Source: Pristiophorus japonicus (Eukaryota). Taken from it: 64,000 nt of DNA. Positions 55,966 to 64,000 of the stretch are shown piece after piece. The translations under genes and the position numbers were made by a program. The stretch lies in the NCBI RefSeq assembly GCF_044704955.1, contig NC_091989.1, positions 21,328,001 to 21,392,000 of the forward strand, given 5' to 3'. The notes beneath the pieces were generated by a model. It ran no database searches. It was not told the origin of the DNA and worked only from the letters and a program-made list of their open reading frames with translations. Within the stretch, counting starts at the first letter, position 1; every line of letters begins with the position of its first letter.

Positions 55966-58232
55966 TTAACGTTTTAGACTTTGGAATCAAAAACACAATT
56001 TCTAAATTTGCGGACAACACCAAATTGGGGGGGATAGCCAATACTGTGGAGGACTGCAACAAATGACAAGAAGACATTAATAAACTTGCAGAATGGGCAT
56101 ATAATTGGCAAATGAAATTCAACACAGATAAATGTAAGGTATTACATTTTGGTAAGAAAAATAGGGAGGTCACATATTACTTGGAAAATAAGAATCTGAA
56201 TAGGGGTGGAGGAGCAAAGGGATCGCAGAGTACAAATACACAAATCACCAAAAGTGTCGACACAAATTAACAAGGCCATTAAAAAGCAAACCAAGCACTA
56301 GGGTTTATTTCTAGAGGGATAGAATTGAAAAGTAGAGTTATGCTAAACTTGTATCGAACCTTGGATAAACCACACTTGGAGTACTGTGTGCAATTCTGGT
56401 CACCATATTATAAAAAGGATATAGAGGCACTGGAGAGGGTGCAGAGAAGATTTACAAGGATGATACCAGCAATGCAAGGGTACACCTATCAGGAAAGGAT
56501 GAACAGACTGGGTCTCTTTTCTCTTGAAAAGAGAAGGCTGAGGGGTGACCTAATAGAGGTCTTTAAAATCATTAAAGGTTTTGATTTCATACGGAGTGTT
56601 TCCACTTATGGGGAAGAGCAAAATCAAAGGCCATCAATATAAGCGAGTCACCAAGAAATCAAATAGGGAATTCAGAAGAAACTTCTCTAACCAAAGAGTG
56701 GTGAGAATGTGCAACTCGCTACCACAGGAAGTGGTTGAAGTGAATAGTATGGATGCATTTAAGGGGAGGCTAGATAAGCATATGAGGAAGAAGGGGATAG
56801 AGGGTTATGCTGATAGATTTAGATGAGGAAAGATGAGAGGAGGCTCAAGTGGAGCATAAATGTCAGCATGGACTGGTTGGGCCGAATGGCCTGTTTCTGT
56901 GCTGTATATCCGATGTAATCCTATGTAAAATAAGAAACTGGCTGGGGGCAGGCAGGGAGGAGCCTGAATGGTTATGTTACAGAAACATGAGACCTATAAC
57001 TCAACCTAATAATATCCGGACACCACTGGGCCTGGAACTGGGAACGCCCTAATTACAGGGCTAGGGTTGTTTATTGAAATGTATACACCTCGCGAGTTAT
57101 TTTTCCACTGTTTCCTTGTTCCTTTTCTCTTGGTTTCCCTGTGGTCACTGCCATTCTGGTGAAAGGGGCGGCCGGTGACCTACTCCCTGCCAATAGCACT
57201 GAGCAGTTGACACCACATTTAAGTGCGGTGGATCACATTTGGTACAAAGGTAGCATAACGTCAGAGGAAGAGGTGGAGGAGGCCATTCAGCCCCTCGAGC
57301 CTATTCCGCCATTGAATTAAATCACAACTGATCTGTACCTCAACTCCATTGTCCCTTCTTTGTTCCCTTGATACCCTTACCCAACAAAAATCAACGATCT
57401 CAAGTTTTGAAAATAGCAATTAGCCTCCAGCATCCACAGCCTTTTGGGGGAGAGGGGGGAAAGAGTTCCAGATTTCCTCCTTCAACTTCTAACACACTAC
57501 CTTGTGTCATAGCAACCATTCTAAATAGAACAAACGGGGAAAAAAATGGAACCTGCATTTATATAGCACCTTGCACATCCTCAGGACATCCCAAACCACT
57601 TTGCAAATAATCAACTACTTCTTAAGTCTATTCACCTTGGCACCAATTAACTACTTTGAAGTCCAATCACTGTCATTATGTAGGGAGGTGCAGCAGCCAA
57701 TCAGAACATAACAGCAAAATTAGATAAATGACCACTTAACCTTTTTTGGTGGTGGTGGCTAAGGGAGGAATGTTGGCCAGGACACTTGAACTCCCTTGCT
57801 CTTTGACTAGTGCAGTGGGACCTTTTACATCCACCTGGTATTTGTTCCCTATAGTTGCCCGGGTGAGACACAGCTTCTCTCTCTCAGCTGTCTCGTTTAG
57901 TTGCCGGCTGGTTCACACTGCAGCGACAGGTTTGCAAATCCCGGGTATATGCCCCACCACTGATTTACCGATAAAATACAATAAATTTTCTGTTTTTTTT
58001 TAAACACACCACCCCCCTCTTTCTCCCAGGTTTCTGCCAAGCTGCTAAGGTATCAGATGGCACCCAGTGCCAATGGGACTGTACCCATCATGCCTTGAGG
58101 TGGGGATTGGCATGGGGTTGGGGGATTGAAATAAAATGTGCCATCAAGAATCAGCTCGGACTGAGAAATGCAGAGAATTCTTTGCTTCCGTACGTGAGGT
58201 ATTAAAACATTAGATAGTTAGTTCTCTGTCTA

Positions 58233-58246
58233 TTTATTTCTTTATT
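58233..58246 (-). terminator. SMKR1 polyadenylation signals (two AATAAA)
   Basis: tttatt on + at 58241-58246 and 58233-58238, immediately after the stop. Confidence 0.6.
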
Positions 58247-58254
58247 GAACCAAT

Positions 58255-58509
58255 TCACCTCCGTCTTTTCTTCTTGGCAATGCCAGGCCATTGGAAGCCC
58301 CGTAGGGCCAGAGTGTTGGCCACATTGTGAGAGATGTAGTACAGGTTGTACATGGCTGCTGGGCTCAGAATATCTACCTCCGGTTGGACTTTGGAAGCTT
58401 TGTCCTTCTTCTTTTTCTTCTTCTTGCCGCCCGCACGCTGTTTGCCGCCCTTGGCCTTCTTGCTGCCTGCGCTGCTGGCCTTCCCCGTCGGCTTACTGCC
58501 TTTGGTCGG
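58255..58509 (-). CDS. SMKR1: Small lysine-rich protein 1, main coding exon
   Basis: ttgcag|CCG acceptor; PTKGSK...[34 protein letters not shown] matches recalled human SMKR1 [34 protein letters not shown]; TGA at 58257-58255. Confidence 0.92.
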   Translation of the reverse strand, partial: PTKGSKPTGKASSAGSKKAKGGKQRAGGKKKKKKKDKASKVQPEVDILSPAAMYNLYYISHNVANTLALRGFQWPGIAKKKRRR

Positions 58510-59066
58510 CTGCAACAAGAAGCAGACAAGCTCGGCTTTATTCCACCAAATGGTCACTCGCGGCAGAAAGCGTCTAAGGCCGAGCGTCAATGTTCCCTCT
58601 CATTTGTGTGTGGTCGCGCACGGTATCCTTTCCAGCAGCGACAACTGGTGAACGGCTGGCGCGGGACTTCCCGATCGATGCTCGAGTGCCCCCGCACCTT
58701 AGGGAGCCATTGGTGAGAATCCCCACACCCCCGTGCCCCCAACAGGAAACGGGTTTCTGATGGCACGCCACCAACTTCCTCAGCTGCTGCCCCACCCTGC
58801 CGAGCAGCCGCGGCACGGGCAGCGTGAGGTGCCACTGGAGCCCATGGATTTTACCCGCTGGGGAATCGGAAGGAAGAGATGGGCGAGGTGGTCGTCAATG
58901 AATCAGTATCACCCAACTCCCGCTGGTCAACCAAAGAGGTGGCGAGGCTGCGGAAATCCATCCAGCAGTCCATTCTCACCCCAGCAGAAGCACTGCACGT
59001 AGGGATGCAATGGAGAGGAAATTGATGGGCAAGGCTTAAAACAGAGAAGATAAATCAATACTGTAC

Positions 59067-59131
59067 CATTGCAAAATGATCTGGATCACGGGGTGAATAA
59101 CTTCCTAGTGCTGTTCAAAGGCATCCATCTC
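59067..59131 (-). other. SMKR1: Candidate SMKR1 5'UTR exon ending in the start ATG
   Basis: tttttctctag acceptor; ends ATG|gtacag, giving M|PTK in phase 0. Confidence 0.55.
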
Positions 59132-59395
59132 CTAGAGAAAAACACCAATTGGACAGTCACCATCGACACAGCCAATACCCTATAATTCCATCATTGACAT
59201 TATGACAGCCTGAATCCACCTCCATAACATCGCCGACCTTTGCCTCCGCTGCTGAAACCCTCCTGCGTGCCTATGCCACCTTCAGACTCTATTACTCCAG
59301 TGGTCTCCTGGATGGCATCCCAACTCCCACCCTCCATTAACTTCAGCTCATCCCAGTCTGCTGCCCAAACACCAAGTCACTTTTGCCCATGATGC

Positions 59396-59648
59396 TGAGA
59401 TGAGGAGGAATTTCTTCTCTCACAGGGCTGTAAATCTATGGAATTCTCTGCCCCAGAGAGCTGTGGAAGCTGGGTCATTGAATATATTTAAGGCGGAGAT
59501 TTTTGAGCGATAAGGGAATAAAGGGTTATGGGGAGCGGGCAGGGAAGTGGAGTCCATGATCAGATCAGCCATGATCTTATTAAATGGTGGAGCAGGCTCG
59601 AGGGGCCAGATGGCCTACTCCTGCTCCTATTTCTTATGTTCTTATGTT
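59396..59648 (+). mobile_element. CR1 LINE 3' end
   Basis: gagatgaggaggaatttc start; (TTCTTATG)n tail. Confidence 0.8.
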
Positions 59649-59976
59649 CCCCTTAAATGCATATATGCTCACCTCAATTACTCCTTGTGGTAGAGAGTTC
59701 CACATTCTAACCACTCTCTGGGTGAAGATGTTTCTCCTGAATTCCCTATTGGATGTATCTTGTATTTATGGCCCCCAGTTCTGGTCTCGCCCACAAGTGT
59801 AAATATCTTCTCTACATCCTCAGAAATGTTAATGCTACCTTTCATTGACCTGTGTGTATTGCCACCATCTGTACTGTGTGTGTTTTTTTACATTTTACAG
59901 TCTGCGTCACTTGGTTGTGTTTGTCCGAGGGAGGAATTGCCTGGATGTAAAGCACTTACCGGATGTGTCCGTGGCC

Positions 59977-60677
59977 CTGGAATAATAACAGAAAATGCTG
60001 GAAATCTCAGCGGGTCAGGAGAGGAAACAGAGTTAACATTTCGGGTAGATGACCCTTCGTCAGAACTGGAGAGTGTTCAAAAAGATCAGATTCTTAACAA
60101 GGGGGGGGGGGAGAAAGAACAAAAGGGAAGGTCGGTGATAGGTTGGAAGACAGGAGAGATTAGAGAGACAAAAGGGATGATGGCCCAAATTCAAATGGTA
60201 ATGCTAGGAGTTAGAAAAACATTAGTCAAGCTAGGGTGTGAATGGTGGGATAATGACCAACTGCCATTCGAGACAAGGAGAGAAAAAAAGAAACAGGCTC
60301 TGAGCAGGGACGGGGCAGGGGAAAGGAGCCAAAGATTGGCGGGGTTATGCTCTGAAATTGTTGAACTCAATGTTGAGTCCAGAAGGCTGTAAAGTGCCTA
60401 AACGAAAAATGAGGTGCTGTTCCTCGAGCTTACGTTGAGCTTCATTGGAACAGTGCAGGAGACCGAGGGAGAGGTCAGAGTGGGAATGGAGCGGAGAATT
60501 AAAGTGACAGGCGATCGGAAGCTCAGGGTCACACTTGCGGACTGAACGGAGGTACTCCGCAAAGCAGTCACCCGATCTACGCTTGGTCTCCCCAATGTAG
60601 AGGAGATCGCATCCTGAGCAGCGAATACAGTACACTGAATTGAAAGAAGTACAAGTAAATCGCTGTTTCACCTGGAA
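59977..60677 (-). mobile_element. 5'-truncated Penelope-like element (GIY-YIG C-terminus plus 3' terminal region)
   Basis: VYCIRCSGCDLLYIGETKRR...HF...LGTLQPSGLN in ORF 60345-61049; flanked by a CCTGGAA direct repeat. Confidence 0.88.
60028..60069 (-). ncRNA. Minimal type I hammerhead ribozyme motif of the Penelope element
   Basis: agtt-CTGACGA-agggtcatctaccc-GAAA-tgtt-aact: conserved core, stem II gggt/accc, stem I agtt/aact. Confidence 0.6.
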
Positions 60678-60783
60678 ATGCTGCAGAGTCCGTTTCGGAT
60701 CTGCCTCCGACAGAACCAGGTCTGATTCTGAAATCCAACCTGCGGCAGAGGCGGCGCGGGTCACAGGAGAGTTGAAGAGATCG

Positions 60784-60920
60784 ACACACACACACCGGGG
60801 CAGGACACACACACACACACACACACCGGGGCAGGACACACACACACACACCGGGGCAGGACACACACACACACACACACACCGGGGCAGGACACACACA
60901 CACACACACCGGGGCAGGAC
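60784..60920. repeat. Compound (AC)n-CGGGGCAGG repeat, 5 copies
   Basis: Seen directly. Confidence 0.9.
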
Positions 60921-61053
60921 CGACTGGGGAAGGTTTCCCTCAAAGTTGCAACAACTTTGCTCGCTCTCAGAGACTTTTCCTGTTTGTTCCCGAGGCCGGG
61001 ATGTTGTTGTGAGCTCTCTCTCCCTCTCGCTGAAGGATTTACCGGTCACTCAC

Positions 61054-61170
61054 CTGCCTACGTTGCCTGGAATCTGTCACATGCCGAGTGAGAGCCGGAC
61101 TCTACCTCCCCGCTCAGTCACTGACTGTTTACAACGCGTCTCCTTAGAAACACTCCTCCCCGTCCAATGA
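61054..61170 (-). promoter_or_regulatory. Candidate SMKR1 exon 1 / promoter with X-box, forkhead and CCAAT motifs
   Basis: cag|gtgagt donor at 61053; GTTGCCTGGAATC 61062-61074; TGTTTACA 61126-61133; GTCTCCTTAGAAAC 61138-61151; CCAAT 61164-61168. Confidence 0.5.
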
Positions 61171-61775
61171 TCTCCTCCCACCCTGGCCCCCGCGGTTAGG
61201 AGGAAGTTAAGAGCAGGGAGGTCTCCAGGGAAACCTTCTGCCCTCTGCTCATTTCACTGACTGGGATCTTGCTCTGCACAACATATCCACTGCACCAGCC
61301 TGCACGTTACTGCAATCTACCGCATGTGAAGCATTTTGGGAGGCGCTCTACAAATGCAAATGTTATGAGTCGATTCCACAAATAATGCGATTCCTTGCGT
61401 TGTTCTCAATGGTCGAACAGTTGATGAACTCACCATTTAAGCTCACACACGAAAAATAAGAGATAGAGGGTGTAACCTCAGTGAGGGGCAAAGCCTTTAG
61501 AGTGCGTGTATGTGAGGGAAAACAATCTGGATGTAGCACAACCAGAGCTTGCACTATCCTTCAGCGATTACTCAATGAGGGAGTATTCTACTTATGAGGC
61601 TCGGTGTCAAATTCTTATTGCATAATACTTATTGAAGTGCCATGGGACGTGTCACTACGTTAAAGGTGCTATATAAATACAAAGTGTTATTCTGCAGTGA
61701 TCTCTCAATGAGGGAGTATTCTACACTGATTACGCAAAGAATCCACTGCAGGGATTACTCTATGAAGGAGTATTA

Positions 61776-63547
61776 CATAGAAACATAGAAAATAGGTGCA
61801 GGAGTAGGCCATTCGGCCCTTCAAGTCTGCACCACCATTCAATAAGATCATGGCTGATCATGCAACCTCAGTACCCCTTTCCTGCTTTCTTTCCATACCC
61901 CATGATCCCCTTAGCCGCAAGGGCCATATCTAACTCCCTCTTGAATATATCCAATGAACTGGCATCAACAACTCTCTGCAGTAGGGAATTCCACAGGTTA
62001 ACAACTCTCTGAATGAAGAAGTTTTTCCTCATCTCGGTCCTAAATGACTTACTCCTTATCCTTAGACTGTGACCCCTGGTTCTGGACGTCCCCAACATCT
62101 GGAACATTCTTCCTGCATCTAATCTGTCCAATCCCATCAGAATGTTATATGTTTCTATGAGATCCCAACTCATTCTTCTAAATTCCAGTGAATATAAGCC
62201 TAGTCGAGCCAGTCTTTCTTCATATGTCATTCCTGCCATCCCGGGAATCAGTCTGGTGAACCTTCACTGCACTCCCTCAATAGCAAGAATATCCTTCCTC
62301 AGATTAGGAGACCAAAATTGCGCACAATACTCAAGGTGTGGTCTCACCAAGACTCTGTACAACTGCAGTAAGATCTCCCTGCTCCTGTACTCAAATCATC
62401 TTGCTATGAAGGCCAGCATGCCATTTGCTTTCTTTACTGCCTGCTGTACCTGCATGCCTACCTTCAATGACTGATGTACCATGACACCCAGGTCTCGTTG
62501 CACTGCCCCTTTTACTAATCTGTCACCATTCAGATAATAATCTGCCTTCCTGTTTTTGCCACCAAAGTGGATAATCTCACACTTATCCACATTATACTGC
62601 ATCTACCGTGCATTTGCCCATTCACCTAACCTGTCCAAGTCCCTCTGCAGCCTCTTAGCATCCTCCTCACAGCTCGCACTGCAATCTAGCTTAGTGTCAT
62701 CTGCAAACTTGGAGCTATTACATTCAATTCCTTCGTCTAAATCATTAATGTATATTGTAAATAGCTGGGGTCCCAGCACTGAACCCTGCGCACCCCACTA
62801 GTCACGGCCTGCCATTCTGAAAAGGACCCGTTTATTCCCACTCTTTGCTTCCTGTCTGCCAACCAGTTCTCTATCCACATCAATACATTACCCCCAATAC
62901 CATGTACCTTAATTTTGCACACTCATCTCTTGTGTGGGACCTTGTCAAAAGCCTTTTGAAAGTCCAAGTACACCACACCCACTGGTTCTCCCTCATCCAC
63001 TCTACTAGTTACATCCTCAAAAAACTCTAGAAGATTTGTCAAGCATGATTTCCCTTTCATAAATCCATGCTGACTTGGACCGATCCTGTCACAGCTTTCC
63101 AAATGCGCTGCTATTACATCTTTAATAATTGACTCCAGCATTTTCCCCACCACCGATGTCAGGCTAACCAGTCTATAATTCCATGTTTTCTCTCTCCCTC
63201 CTTTTTTAAAAAGTGGGATTACATTAGCTACCCTCCAATCCATAGGAACTGAACCAGAGTCCATGGAATGTTGGACAATAACCACCAATGCATCTACTAT
63301 TTCTAGGGTCACTTCCTTAAGGACTCTGGGATGCAGACAATCAGGCCCTGGGGATTTATCGGCCTTTAGTCCCTTCAATTTCCCTAACACCATTGCCTGA
63401 CTAATAAGGATTTCCCTCAGTTCCCCCTTCTCGCGAGACACTCGGTCCCCTAGTATTTTTGGAAGGTTATTCGTGTCTTCCTTAGCGAAGACAGAACCAA
63501 AGTATTTGTTCAATTGGTCTGCCATTTCCTTGTCCCCCATTATAAAT
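61776..63547 (-). mobile_element. CR1 LINE ORF2 relic (~1.8 kb)
   Basis: KSPGPD, NYRLVSLTS, YLDFQKAFDKVPH; (CATAGAAA)n tail; frameshifted. Confidence 0.92.
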
Positions 63548-63669
63548 TCTGCAATGATTATTCAATAAGGAGTACTCTGCAGTGATGATTCTTCTTCTTA
63601 GGCAGTCTCTTGGAGTTGAAGATGACTTGCTTCCACACTAAAATGGGTTCTAAGGTGACTGATGAGACC

Positions 63670-64000
63670 AATTATTTTGCTTCGGTCTTCACAGTGGAAG
63701 ACACAAAAACCATGCCAAAAATTGCTGGTCACAGGAATGTGGGAAGGGAGGACCTTGAGACAATCACTATCACTAGGGGGGTAGACAAGTCCCCTGGTCC
63801 TGATGAAATGCATCCCAGGGTATTAAAAGAGATGGCGGAAGTTATAGCAGATGCATTTGTTATAATCTACCAAAATTCTCTGGACTCTGGGGAGGTACCA
63901 GCGGATTGGAAAGCAGCTAATGTAACGCCTCTGTTTAAAAAAGGGGGCAGACAAAAGGCAGGTAACTAGAGGCCGGTTAGTTTAACATCTGTAGTGGGGA
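63670..64000 (+). mobile_element. CR1 LINE fragment running off the window end
   Basis: NYFASVFTVED...KSPGPDEMHPRVLKE. Confidence 0.85.

Larger units (their letters stand above)
49996..56928 (+). mobile_element. CR1-type LINE ORF2 relic interrupted by the Gypsy element
   Basis: GNYRPVSLTS, QHGFQKGK, GVPQGSVLGPLLFTIYIN then insertion, resuming at 55971; [12 protein letters not shown]; 3' tail near 56920. Confidence 0.9.

Noticed and set aside
58574-59002. GC-rich ORFs in the SMKR1 intron
   Set aside because: No recognisable homology and no consistent splice phase.
60345-61049. 234-aa ORF as a novel nuclease gene
   Set aside because: Chance read-through of an (AC)n repeat into a truncated Penelope GIY-YIG fragment.

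Overview
Repeat-rich vertebrate genomic DNA; the mix of CR1, L2, RTE, Penelope and Deu-domain SINE repeats suggests a cartilaginous fish (shark; inference). Three spliced genes were reconstructed by hand. (1) TMEM209, minus strand, 15 coding exons, 27809->4285, ~569 aa. (2) A pancreatic-type M14A pro-carboxypeptidase A with CPA2-type residues, plus strand, 11 exons, 31050->47875, 418 aa, divergent from TMEM209. (3) SMKR1, minus strand, main exon 58509->58255, with candidate 5' exons up to ~61100 and an RFX/forkhead/CCAAT promoter. A full-length but frameshifted Gypsy LTR element (51378-55965, TTAAC TSD) sits inside a CR1 LINE. Most long ORFs in the track are artefacts of minisatellites or are transposon relics. 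Best leads: a hammerhead-bearing Penelope insertion that appears precisely spliceable from a candidate SMKR1 5'UTR exon (possible intron gain); a procarboxypeptidase lacking the basic trypsin activation site; a 1.07-kb chimeric insertion flanked by a 24-bp direct repeat; two GC-AG introns. Homology calls come from recalled sequences, not database searches; repeat boundaries are approximate unless a TSD is given.
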